Below are positions 17,976-26,716 of a stretch of DNA of 32,000 nt, piece after piece. Positions within the stretch are counted from its first letter, which is position 1. Every line of letters begins with the position of its first letter. Origin of the DNA: Allobaculum fili (lineage in GTDB: Bacteria > Bacillota_I > Bacilli_A > Erysipelotrichales > Erysipelotrichaceae); the NCBI RefSeq assembly GCF_020969955.1, contig NZ_JAHDSX010000008.1, positions 35,206 to 67,205 on the forward strand, given 5' to 3'. The position numbers and the translations under genes are program-made. The notes beneath the pieces were generated by a model that worked only from the letters and a program-made list of their open reading frames with translations, was not told the origin of the DNA and searched no databases.

Positions 17976-19100
17976 ATGGAAATGACACTTAGATGGTACG
18001 GACCTGGTCATGACACGGTTACCCTTGAACAGATCCGCCAGATCCCGGGCGTTACCGGCGTAATCACTACGCTCTACGACAAGAAACCTGGCGAAGTCTG
18101 GACACGCGAAGAAATCCGCGACCTGAAAAAAATCGTTGAAGATGCCGGTCTCAACCTGTCCGGTATCGAATCGGTAAACGTTGCCGACGAAATCAAATAC
18201 GCTGGTCCAAACCGCGATCAGCTGATCGACAACTACATCGAAACGCTGAAGAACCTCGGTGAAGAAGGCATCCACCTCGTATGCTACAACTTCATGCCTG
18301 TGTTCGACTGGACACGTACAGAACTCGCTCGTAAAAGAGCAGACGGTTCAACGGTTCTCGCTTACACCCAGGAAGCTGTAGACAACCTGAACCCGGAAGA
18401 AATGTTTGAATCCGTAGCCGGCGACATGAACGGAACCGTTATGCCAGGCTGGGAACCAGAACGTATGGCAATCGTTAAGGATCTCTTCGAAAAATACAAA
18501 AACGTTGACGAAGAAACTCTGCGCGAAAACCTGATCTACTTCCTCAACCGCATCATGCCGGTATGCGATCAGTACAACATCGACATGGCGATTCATCCAG
18601 ATGATCCGGCATGGCCAATCTTCGGTCTGCCCCGCATCATCACTTCCAAGGAAAACATCCTGAAAGTTATGAACGCTGTAGACAACCCGCACAACGGTGT
18701 AACCTTCTGCGCTGGTTCCTACGGAACTTCCCTGAAAAACGACCTGCCGGATATGATCCGCTCCCTCCCGGGACGCATCCACTTCGCGCACATAAGAAAC
18801 CTGAAGTTCAACTCCGAGGATGATTTCGAAGAAGCTGCACATCTTTCCACAGACGGCAACTTCGACATGTACGAAATCGTAAAAGCCCTCCACGACATCG
18901 GCTTCGACGGACCGATCCGTCCGGACCACGGCCGCATGATCTGGGGCGAAATCGGCATGCCAGGCTACGGTCTGTATGACCGCGCGCTCGGTGCAACCTA
19001 CATCAACGGCCTCTGGGAAGCGGTTGACAAATCCGAAGCCAGAGACCATGCGGATGTAAAAGGCGCCAACGCCGACGCTCTTGCAAAACTTTCCAAGTAA
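17976..19100 (+). CDS. uxuA: Mannonate dehydratase
   Basis: MEMTLRWYGPGHDTVTLEQIRQIPGVTGV... is typical of UxuA along the full length (374 aa). AGGAGG lies 8 nt upstream. Confidence 0.92.
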   Translation: MEMTLRWYGPGHDTVTLEQIRQIPGVTGVITTLYDKKPGEVWTREEIRDLKKIVEDAGLNLSGIESVNVADEIKYAGPNRDQLIDNYIETLKNLGEEGIHLVCYNFMPVFDWTRTELARKRADGSTVLAYTQEAVDNLNPEEMFESVAGDMNGTVMPGWEPERMAIVKDLFEKYKNVDEETLRENLIYFLNRIMPVCDQYNIDMAIHPDDPAWPIFGLPRIITSKENILKVMNAVDNPHNGVTFCAGSYGTSLKNDLPDMIRSLPGRIHFAHIRNLKFNSEDDFEEAAHLSTDGNFDMYEIVKALHDIGFDGPIRPDHGRMIWGEIGMPGYGLYDRALGATYINGLWEAVDKSEARDHADVKGANADALAKLSK

Positions 19101-19378
19101 GTTTTCGCAGGACGCAAAGTGAACATCACCCCCATGGTGTTCCCGCTTGAAATTTGAACCGCCCGATCTGGATCCGCACAGGCCCCCGTCGAAACTTACT
19201 CGAACTGTACAGATAAGGATCCAGACAATAGAAACCGAACAAAAGCTTTGAAATGGTCACCTCGCCCAAACCGTCTGAGCGCTCGATCGATGCGCAGCAG
19301 CCATCAGAGGAACACGTTTTAAACCAGGAACAGAACCGGCCTTCCCCCAATTTGGGCAGCTTCTGAACCTGTCTCTTT

Positions 19379-19407
19379 GAAGGAAGCGATCGCGTATCGC
19401 TTCCTTC
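19379..19407 (+). other. Perfect 12-bp hairpin without a U-tract in the uxuA-uxuB gap
   Basis: GAAGGAAGCGAT-cgcgt-ATCGCTTCCTTC. It is followed by ctgcattgcc, and neither strand has a T-run. Confidence 0.8.
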
Positions 19408-19495
19408 CTGCATTGCCATTTGCCGATAGCCGTTCCAGACCAGATCGTGATTTGTGTCTGGGAACGGTCTGCCGGCTTGGAAAGAAGGATTACCA

Positions 19496-21109
19496 ATGAA
19501 ACTTAATCTTGAAGGAATTCAGGACCGTAAAGCCTGGGAAGAAAAAGGCTACAACCTGCCTGAATTCAATATCACTGAAGTTCATGAAAACACCCGTAAA
19601 GAGCCGACCTGGATCCATTTCGGTGCCGGAAACCTGTTCAAGGCTTTCCACACCCGTCTGACTCAGGAACTGCTCAACCAGGGCAAAATGGACAAAGGCA
19701 TTATTGCCGCTGAAGGTTTCGACTACGAAATCGTTGAAAAAATGAACTGGCCGCACGACAGCCTTTCTCTGGTCGTAACGCTGAAATCCGACGGAACCAT
19801 CGACAAGGACGTTGTGGCTTCCGTTGCTGAATCCCTTGTTCTCGACGAAACAAACAAAGAACAGTTCGATCGTCTCAAGGAAATCTTCAAAGCGCCTTCC
19901 CTGCAGATGGCCAGCTTCACCATTACCGAAAAAGGCTACTCGCTCACCAATGCGAAAGGCGAAATCCTGCCGGCAATCGCTGCAGACTTCGAAAATGGCC
20001 CGGAAAAAGCCGCTTCCTACCTCGGTAAAGTTACTGCTCTGCTCTACGTTCGCTACCAGAACGGCAAACTCCCCCTGGCTATGGTTTCCATGGACAACTG
20101 CTCCCATAACGGCGACCGTCTGAAAGATGCCATCCTTGCCTACGCAAAAGCCTGGGTTAAAAACGGCAAAGCCGAACAGGGCTTTGTAGACTACCTCGAA
20201 AACCCGAACATGGTTTCCTTCCCCTGGACCATGATCGACAAAATCACTCCGCGTCCTGACGCTGGCGTAGAAAAAATGCTGGCTGCTGATGCCATCGAAG
20301 AACTCGAACCGGTTATCACATCCAAGAACACCTACGTTGCTCCGTTCACGAACGCGGAAGAAACCGAATACCTCGTAATCGAAGACTCCTTCCCGAACGG
20401 CCGTCCGGCTCTCGACGAAGGCGGAATCATCTACACCGACCGCGACACGGTTGAAAAAGTAGAAAAGATGAAGGTTACCACCTGTCTGAACCCGCTGCAT
20501 ACCGCTCTGGCTGTATACGGCTGCCTGCTTGGCTATGACAAGATCAGCGAAGAAATGAAAGACGAAGATCTGACCAAACTGATCTCCGGCATCGGCTACA
20601 CCGAAGGTCTGCCTGTAGTTGTAAACCCAGGCGTACTCGATCCGAAAGAATTCATCGATACCGTAATCAACGTTCGTTTCCCGAACCCGTTCATGCCGGA
20701 TACTCCGCAGCGTATCGCTACCGATACTTCGCAGAAACTGGCTGTTCGCTTCGGCGAAACCATCAAGTCCTACCTGCGTGAAAACCGCGACCTGAACGAT
20801 CTGAACCTGATTCCGCTCGTACAGGCTGGATGGATTCGTTACCTGATGGGTCTCGATGACAACGGAAACGTCTTCGACCTTTCCCCGGATCCACTGATTT
20901 CTGAAGTGAAGCCGATCGCCGATCAGCTGAGCCTGGAAGAAGATCAGGATGTAGCGTCCATTATCGAACCGCTGCTCAAAAACGAAAAAATCTTTGGTCT
21001 GGATCTGACCGAAACCGTACTCGGCGACAAAGTCGTTGAATACGTAACCGCTCTGACCAACGGCAAAGGCGCAATCCGCAAAACCGTTCACGAAGCGGTA
21101 AACAAGTAA
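19496..21109 (+). CDS. uxuB: Mannitol-dehydrogenase-family oxidoreductase, probably fructuronate reductase (D-mannonate oxidoreductase)
   Basis: 537 aa with the N-terminal Rossmann motif IHFGAGNLFKAF and the long-chain mannitol dehydrogenase layout. It lies between uxuA and kdgK and no uxaA is present. The start MKLNLEG follows GAAGGA. Confidence 0.75.
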   Translation: MKLNLEGIQDRKAWEEKGYNLPEFNITEVHENTRKEPTWIHFGAGNLFKAFHTRLTQELLNQGKMDKGIIAAEGFDYEIVEKMNWPHDSLSLVVTLKSDGTIDKDVVASVAESLVLDETNKEQFDRLKEIFKAPSLQMASFTITEKGYSLTNAKGEILPAIAADFENGPEKAASYLGKVTALLYVRYQNGKLPLAMVSMDNCSHNGDRLKDAILAYAKAWVKNGKAEQGFVDYLENPNMVSFPWTMIDKITPRPDAGVEKMLAADAIEELEPVITSKNTYVAPFTNAEETEYLVIEDSFPNGRPALDEGGIIYTDRDTVEKVEKMKVTTCLNPLHTALAVYGCLLGYDKISEEMKDEDLTKLISGIGYTEGLPVVVNPGVLDPKEFIDTVINVRFPNPFMPDTPQRIATDTSQKLAVRFGETIKSYLRENRDLNDLNLIPLVQAGWIRYLMGLDDNGNVFDLSPDPLISEVKPIADQLSLEEDQDVASIIEPLLKNEKIFGLDLTETVLGDKVVEYVTALTNGKGAIRKTVHEAVNK

Positions 21110-21153
21110 GTCCGTCAGGATTTTCTGGAACTATCCAGTTGTGATTCAGCATC

Positions 21154-21202
21154 GGGCAAGTCTGAATACCTTCTATTGTGTATACTCTAAGCAGACTTGC
21201 CC
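21154..21202 (+). other. Perfect 11-bp hairpin without a U-tract in the uxuB-kdgK gap
   Basis: GGGCAAGTCTG, a 27-nt loop, then CAGACTTGCCC. The motif AGTCTGAAT recurs immediately after it. Confidence 0.75.
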
Positions 21203-21253
21203 AGTCTGAATCGATTCCCGGCAATGATCCGGTCTGAAATGAGGTTTATAAAC

Positions 21254-22291
21254 ATGTCCAACAAAGATAAAGTTGTTACTTTTGGCGAACTGATGCTTCG
21301 TCTTGCTCCGGAAGGCTACCTGCGTTTCGTGCAGGCTGACCGTTTCGGAGCAACTTACGGCGGCGGTGAAGCCAATGTAGCTGTATCCCTGGCCAACTAC
21401 GGTCATGATGCGCACTTCGTTACCAAACTCCCTGTTCACGAAATCGGACAGGCTGCAGTAAACTCTCTGCGCAAATACGGTGTAAACACCGAAGATATCG
21501 TTCGCGGCGGCGATCGCGTAGGTATCTACTTTCTTGAAAAAGGTGCTTCTCAGCGTCCTTCCAAAGTCATCTATGACCGTGCAAACTCCGCTATGGCGCT
21601 TGCTGATCCAGCTGACTTCAACTGGGATGAAATTCTCAAGGACGTTAAATGGTTCCATACGACAGGAATCACGCCTGCTCTTGGCGACAACGCAGCAGCC
21701 ATCACCCTGGAAGCTGTTAAGAAATGCCAGGAAAAAGGCATTCCTGTATCCATCGACCTGAACTACCGCAACAAGCTCTGGACAAAAGCCAAAGCCAATG
21801 AAGTTATGTCCGAAATCTGCAAATACGTAAACGTATGCATTGCCAACGAAGAAGATGCAAAAGACGTTTTCGGCATTGAAGCAGAAAACACAGACATCAC
21901 AAGCGGTGCTCTGAACCACGAAGGCTACATCGATGTAGCGAAAAAAATGAAAGACCAGTTCGGTTTCGACAAAGTTGCGATCACCCTGCGTGAGTCCATC
22001 AACGCCAACCGCAACCTCTGGTCTGCCATGCTCTTCGACGGCAAAACACAAACTCCTGTTTTCTCCAAGAAGTATGACCTGAACATCGTTGACCGCGTTG
22101 GCGGCGGCGACTCCTTCGGCGGCGGCCTCATCCATGCCCTGATGAGCGACTTCGACGATCAGAAGGCAATCGAATTCGCGGTAGCTGCTTCTGCCCTGAA
22201 GCACTCCATCGAAGGCGACTACAACCTTGTCAGCGAAGATGAAGTACTCAAACTCGCTGGCGGAGACGGTTCCGGACGCGTACAGCGCTAA
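21254..22291 (+). CDS. kdgK: 2-dehydro-3-deoxygluconokinase (PfkB family)
   Basis: VVTFGELMLRLAPEGYLRF, GGGEANVAVSLA and DRVGGGDSFGGGLIHAL. The start is MSNKDK at 21254. Confidence 0.9.
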   Translation: MSNKDKVVTFGELMLRLAPEGYLRFVQADRFGATYGGGEANVAVSLANYGHDAHFVTKLPVHEIGQAAVNSLRKYGVNTEDIVRGGDRVGIYFLEKGASQRPSKVIYDRANSAMALADPADFNWDEILKDVKWFHTTGITPALGDNAAAITLEAVKKCQEKGIPVSIDLNYRNKLWTKAKANEVMSEICKYVNVCIANEEDAKDVFGIEAENTDITSGALNHEGYIDVAKKMKDQFGFDKVAITLRESINANRNLWSAMLFDGKTQTPVFSKKYDLNIVDRVGGGDSFGGGLIHALMSDFDDQKAIEFAVAASALKHSIEGDYNLVSEDEVLKLAGGDGSGRVQR

Positions 22292-22460
22292 TTGCCCGAG
22301 CGCAGCGTAAATGGAAGTTTCCACCCTTTCTGTTTCTCATTTGTTAATTTCTCATTTTTCCTTTAATCATCTGCAAGATTTCAATTTAAACCGTCCGGTT
22401 TTGCCCGAACCGACGGCTTGCCCTGGACCAATCTGTCCAATCCTGGTCCGATTCGAAAGC

Positions 22461-22772
22461 TTACGAAATCTCTTGGATTGATTTTGAAAGCTTTCTTTGA
22501 TCTCCTTTTACGAGGGACTTGTCTGACGGCCTGTTCCCTTTTATATAATTTTTCTCCAGGACTTCTTTCGTTTTGAGTGTGCGAAAGAAGTCCTTTTTGC
22601 CTTTGCCCTTCAAAGACGAAAACGGGCGTCCGACTTCTCGCTTTCCAATGAAAAAGCGTGCCGTCCGGCGCCTTTCTGTCTGTTCTTTTAAGGATTCAAA
22701 TATGGATTCGGGATTCTGATCGAATGAGCTGTAGGTCTGCAGCAGCGATATTCGGGTGCTACTGCTCTTCAT
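22461..22772 (-). CDS. Hypothetical small basic protein (103 aa)
   Basis: The ATG is embedded in the last codons of the upstream phosphoesterase gene (14-nt overlap, tATGAAGAGCAGTAG). The protein is Lys/Arg-rich and no family was recognised. A hairpin lies downstream at about 22400-22425. Confidence 0.3.
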   Translation of the reverse strand: MKSSSTRISLLQTYSSFDQNPESIFESLKEQTERRRTARFFIGKREVGRPFSSLKGKGKKDFFRTLKTKEVLEKNYIKGNRPSDKSLVKGDQRKLSKSIQEIS

Positions 22773-23496
22773 AGGCGGACCATTTACGAACGATCCAGCC
22801 GCTTTTCATTTCGCGCACCGTGTTGAACAAAGCCGTCTGCTCCCTCCATAAATCGAAATCGACGTGCAGACGGCCAAAATACCAGTGCATATAGGAGACG
22901 CTGCGCTGAATTTCATCGAGAAAAGTCGTCAGTTCCATCTCGTTTGGATTGACGCTTTTGATGCCAAGCGAGCGGATGGTAGACAGGTAATAAACGGATT
23001 GAGACGGTGCGGTATGCGTCAGGATATAATCGACGCAATTTTCGGCCTTTTTCAGATTTTGTCTTGCGTATTCGTATTCCGTCAGACTGGGCATTTCCTG
23101 CGGCCACCAGGAAACGCCTTCCTTTCGAAACGCCTGATCCATGGAATGACCGCCGCCAAAGACAAAAATCCTCACCCCTTCGATCTCATACATTTCGCTG
23201 CGCATCAAATGAAGAACGTTGTCTCGGAGGACGTGAACGTTTCCGTCATACCGCACTTGCGTCGGATAGTCATTGAGCTGATCAAAGTTTTCATGATTTC
23301 CATCGAGAAAAAGAACTGTATAGTTCTGACTGGCCAGATGATCGTAAAAGGCTTCTTCCCCTTCTCTGTCTTCAGCCCAGAAGCCGACGCCAAAATCGCC
23401 GCAGACAATCACAGTATCGCCATCGTGTAGAACCGGTTCAATCTGTTCTGTCCATTTGTTCTTTCGCCCATGCGTATCGCCCGTGACATAAATCAT
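22759..23496 (-). CDS. Metallophosphoesterase (calcineurin-like)
   Basis: Motifs GDTHG, CGDFG, DGNHENF, GGGHS and LTHTAP appear in the canonical order. ATG at 23496 follows GGTGGAG. Confidence 0.85.
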   Translation of the reverse strand: MIYVTGDTHGRKNKWTEQIEPVLHDGDTVIVCGDFGVGFWAEDREGEEAFYDHLASQNYTVLFLDGNHENFDQLNDYPTQVRYDGNVHVLRDNVLHLMRSEMYEIEGVRIFVFGGGHSMDQAFRKEGVSWWPQEMPSLTEYEYARQNLKKAENCVDYILTHTAPSQSVYYLSTIRSLGIKSVNPNEMELTTFLDEIQRSVSYMHWYFGRLHVDFDLWREQTALFNTVREMKSGWIVRKWSAYEEQ

Positions 23497-23521
23497 AAAA
23501 ATCTCCACCCGCTGTTTTGTT

Positions 23522-24301
23522 TTATTCTGGATCGATCAGTCCAAAATGCAGAGCGGCTTTTTCAATGCCGTCGTCTTCGACCGCTGCGGTAACATAGTCG
23601 GCGATTTCTCGAATATGGGGTTCCGCATCGCCCATGGCCACACCGATTCCCGCGCTTTCAACCATTTCAAAATCGTTTTCACCGTCCCCAAACGCGATCG
23701 TCTCGGACGGATCAATGTGCATTTGGCGCAGATACTCAAGAATGCCGGCTTTCTTTCCGCCTTCTTTCGAAACGATATCCATCGCGTAGTCATTCCAGCG
23801 CGTCAGCATGCAGTCCGGCAGTTTAGCGCGCATTTCGTTTTCCATTTCCTTTGGAATAAACGCGATTGCGAGATAAATCGGATTGCCTGTGTATTCGAGG
23901 ACTTCCGGAACCGGCGTGGAAATCGCCTTTTGCGCAAAGCGGACGTGATCGTTGACGAAACTGATGTAAATCCTCTCTTTTTCCACGAGAACCATCGGAA
24001 TTTCCTTCGCGTTAAAAAGCTTCAGAATCTTCTCCCTGCTTTCGCCTGTAATGGGATGTTCAAAAAGAACCTGCTTGCCGGCATCGAGAATCAGCTGCCC
24101 ATTCAGCAGGATGTAGGCATCAAATTTCATATTTCCGATTTTCAGTGCTTCGTATTCGACCATCGAACGGCCCGAAGCAATGACGCAGTGAATGCCCTTT
24201 TCCTTCATTTTTTCTACCGTGTCCCTGGCAGACTGCGGTACATCATGAAGCTCGTGCGAAAGCAGTGTTCCATCAATATCAAAAAAAGCGGCTTTTATCA
24301 T
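23522..24301 (-). CDS. Cof-type HAD-IIB family phosphatase
   Basis: FFDIDGTLL, ASGRS and GDGENDFEM are present. AAGGAG lies 6 nt upstream of the ATG. Confidence 0.88.
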   Translation of the reverse strand: MIKAAFFDIDGTLLSHELHDVPQSARDTVEKMKEKGIHCVIASGRSMVEYEALKIGNMKFDAYILLNGQLILDAGKQVLFEHPITGESREKILKLFNAKEIPMVLVEKERIYISFVNDHVRFAQKAISTPVPEVLEYTGNPIYLAIAFIPKEMENEMRAKLPDCMLTRWNDYAMDIVSKEGGKKAGILEYLRQMHIDPSETIAFGDGENDFEMVESAGIGVAMGDAEPHIREIADYVTAAVEDDGIEKAALHFGLIDPE

Positions 24302-24574
24302 ACATAACTCCTTTATCTTTCGGATTTTCCTGCACGGTTTTCCAGAATATCTGAGGCAGGATCTGTCCGAGAAAACGTGCTGATTGTATTGGAACGAACG
24401 TTTGTCCTTTCCTAAAAAAGCAGGTGAAAAATTCTGCCGCCATAAAGACGAAAAGAAAACCTGGAATTGTCTTCCAGTTCAAAGCAGAACGGCAAAACGG
24501 CTCGGCTTTTTCTGTATTCCGTTTTGCAGTTCCTTTTCTGTTCCTTCTTTTATTTCTTTCCTTTTATTTCTTTC

Positions 24575-25900
24575 TTATTTCTTTCGCTTATTGCGTAAAG
24601 ACGCTTTATATTCGGCCAGTGCCTTTTCGTACGGATTGAGCTCTCTTGCCGGACGGGATTCCGGTTTTGTATTGCCGCAGGATGGACCCGGCTTTCTTTG
24701 GGCTCTTCCTCCGTTAGCGTTTCCGGCTTTTTCCGGCTTCTTTGCAGCTTTTGGATCTTTCTGAAGCAGTACGAGCGATTCAATGTGACTGGTATTTGGG
24801 AACATGTCCACCAGCTCAACCGTTTTGGATGTGTAGCCGTTCTGTCTGAAGAAGACCAGATCCCGGACGAGCGTTTTTGGATCGCAGGAAATGTAGAGAA
24901 TCTTTTCCGGATTCAGACGGGATGCCGCCTGGATAAAGTCTCTGGTCGTACCGGCACGAGGCGGGTCAAGAATGATCACATCGTAATGGGTATGATTGCG
25001 GACAGCTTCCTGCATGTAGCGGGTGGAATCCATGGCCAGGAAGCGAATGTTTTCGATTTCGTTGGAATGGGCGTTCAGACGCGCGTTTTCGACCGCGTCC
25101 TTATTGAGTTCAACGCCAGTAACTTCCTTTGCGTCTTCCGCCATGACCAGACCGATCGTTCCGACGCCGCAGTACGTATCGAGAACGGTATCCGTTTTCT
25201 TCAGCTGCAGCATGCTGCGGGCCTTGGTGTACAGTTCCTGACACTGGTCATGGTTGATCTGATAAAACGAAGACGGTCCAAACGTAATTTGCAGACCACA
25301 GAGAATATCGGTAATCGTTCCAGTTCCGTAAAGAATCAGGGTTTCGTTTTGCAGGACGATGGACGTATCGCGCGGATTGACGTTTTGCAAAATCGTTTTG
25401 ATCTGCGGGAATTTTTCACGAAGGGCCCGGACCATATTTTTGCGCGACGGGAATTCCTTGCGCGACGTAACGAAAACGACCATGACCTGATCGGTTTCCT
25501 GTGCGTAGCGAATCAGCACATGCCGGAGCAGACCGGTTCCGGTTTTTGGCGAATACAGTTCGATTTTCATCGAATCGACCAGCTTGGTAATTTCATCGAG
25601 AATGTCGTTTACCAGCTTTGGCTGCATCGCACATCCGGAAGTGCGGATGACGCGATGGGATTTTGGCGCATACAGGCCGGAATACACTTTCTTATTTTTA
25701 TCCTTGGCAAAGCCGTAAATGACTTTGTTTCGGTAGTACATCGAAGTTTCGGCCATGATCGGCGGCATGGCCGTCATTTTCAGCCGTGCCTGATCAAGCA
25801 GATCCTGTACCTGCTCCTGCTTGAGCTTAGCCTGCTTTTCATATTGAACGTGCAGCAGTTCGCAGCCGCCGCACTGTTTGGAAACGGGACATTTAAACAT
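24575..25900 (-). CDS. RNA (uracil-5-)-methyltransferase, RumA/TrmA family, with a basic C-terminal extension
   Basis: The N-terminal Fe-S Cys cluster is CPVSKQCGGCELLHVQY. SAM and catalytic motifs DPPRAG and YISCDP are present. There is no N-terminal TRAM domain. The last 60 aa are Lys/Arg/Pro-rich. Confidence 0.85.
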   Translation of the reverse strand: MFKCPVSKQCGGCELLHVQYEKQAKLKQEQVQDLLDQARLKMTAMPPIMAETSMYYRNKVIYGFAKDKNKKVYSGLYAPKSHRVIRTSGCAMQPKLVNDILDEITKLVDSMKIELYSPKTGTGLLRHVLIRYAQETDQVMVVFVTSRKEFPSRKNMVRALREKFPQIKTILQNVNPRDTSIVLQNETLILYGTGTITDILCGLQITFGPSSFYQINHDQCQELYTKARSMLQLKKTDTVLDTYCGVGTIGLVMAEDAKEVTGVELNKDAVENARLNAHSNEIENIRFLAMDSTRYMQEAVRNHTHYDVIILDPPRAGTTRDFIQAASRLNPEKILYISCDPKTLVRDLVFFRQNGYTSKTVELVDMFPNTSHIESLVLLQKDPKAAKKPEKAGNANGGRAQRKPGPSCGNTKPESRPARELNPYEKALAEYKASLRNKRKK

Positions 25901-26352
25901 TGGATATTCATCCTTTCCAGATTTGAATCGTTTCTGTCCTGAAGCATAGAAAAAACTGGATGGTCCGAAAAAATGGATGGAGGAATACTAGGCAAGATTC
26001 CTTCCGTTTTCGCCATGCAGTTTGGGGGGATTTCCCCGTTTCTGGGGTTCAGACGATTTTATTTTGACATAGATGCAGAAAATCGAATTCATTTAGCCCT
26101 TTTCTCTGCCGTAACCCGGTCGGAAGACGAGGATGAAACGGTGATCCGACTTTCAATGGCAGGCATTCGTCCGCGTTCTGCCCGGTTTTCGAGTCAAAAC
26201 TGTGCACAGAAAGCGATTTAGATCTCGTACTGAATGAGCTCTCTTTTGATCGCACGTTTGGCAAGAAAAAGAACAATTTCCGCCCGGCAATTTACCCGTA
26301 ATTGCCCATTTTGTGACCTATAATGAAAAGAGCGTAAAGGAGGTGATGCCCC

Positions 26353-26442
26353 ATGACAAATGATGATCCGGCCCCTGTTCCTGTCACGACAAATTCAGGG
26401 GCAGAACCTCAGGTCTTTTTCCATCTGTTCAACGATCGATAA
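26353..26442 (+). CDS. Candidate 29-aa leader-type small ORF (MTNDDPAPVPVTTNSGAEPQVFFHLFNDR)
   Basis: This is the strongest intergenic Shine-Dalgarno sequence in the window (AAAGGAGGTGA), 6-7 nt before the ATG. It lies 275 nt upstream of mgtE. A GCCCCTG/CAGGGGC hairpin (26371-26402) sits inside it. Confidence 0.3.
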   Translation: MTNDDPAPVPVTTNSGAEPQVFFHLFNDR

Positions 26443-26716
26443 ATCCGATCCTTCCTTTTTTCTCTGAAAAATCGCGCATTTTTACGGTCCGGCTGCCGTT
26501 ATAATTTTTGAGCCGTCTGGTCTTTTTCCAGCTTTTCGCAAAACGTTTTTCCAGAGGAAAATGAGAATTTTTAATCTTTGCAGCCACGGAAATACTTCGT
26601 TTCCAGGCAAAATTCCTTTGCGGTATTTCGCCGTGTCTGCTTTTCTTTCCAGATGGATTCTAAACCGACTGACCATTTTGTATTCCCCATGGACCTTCTG
26701 CCCCAAGGAGGTTTTT

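Noticed and set aside
19126-19496. Minus-strand ORFs of 97 and 79 aa in the uxuA-uxuB gap.
   Set aside because: They are antisense to the operon, lack ribosome-binding sites and have a Cys/Arg/Trp-rich composition. The region is better explained as structured intercistronic RNA.
24279-24764. Small ORFs between the methyltransferase and HAD genes (24279-24482 on the minus strand, 24384-24764 and 24424-24639 on the plus strand).
   Set aside because: The plus-strand ORFs are antisense shadows over the methyltransferase tail and a T-rich spacer. The minus-strand ORF overlaps the HAD start, has no ribosome-binding site and lacks motifs.
25973-26276. ORFs of 82 aa (plus strand) and 75 aa (minus strand) in the distal mgtE leader.
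   Set aside because: They have no ribosome-binding sites, an implausible composition and overlap each other on opposite strands. This is more likely structured non-coding sequence.
25901-26716. A canonical M-box (ykoK) riboswitch upstream of mgtE.
   Set aside because: The conserved cores (GTTAGGTGAGGCT, ACGCTAATGGG-like and GCTAAAGCTC) are not visible on the sense strand. A divergent version cannot be excluded without a covariance-model scan.
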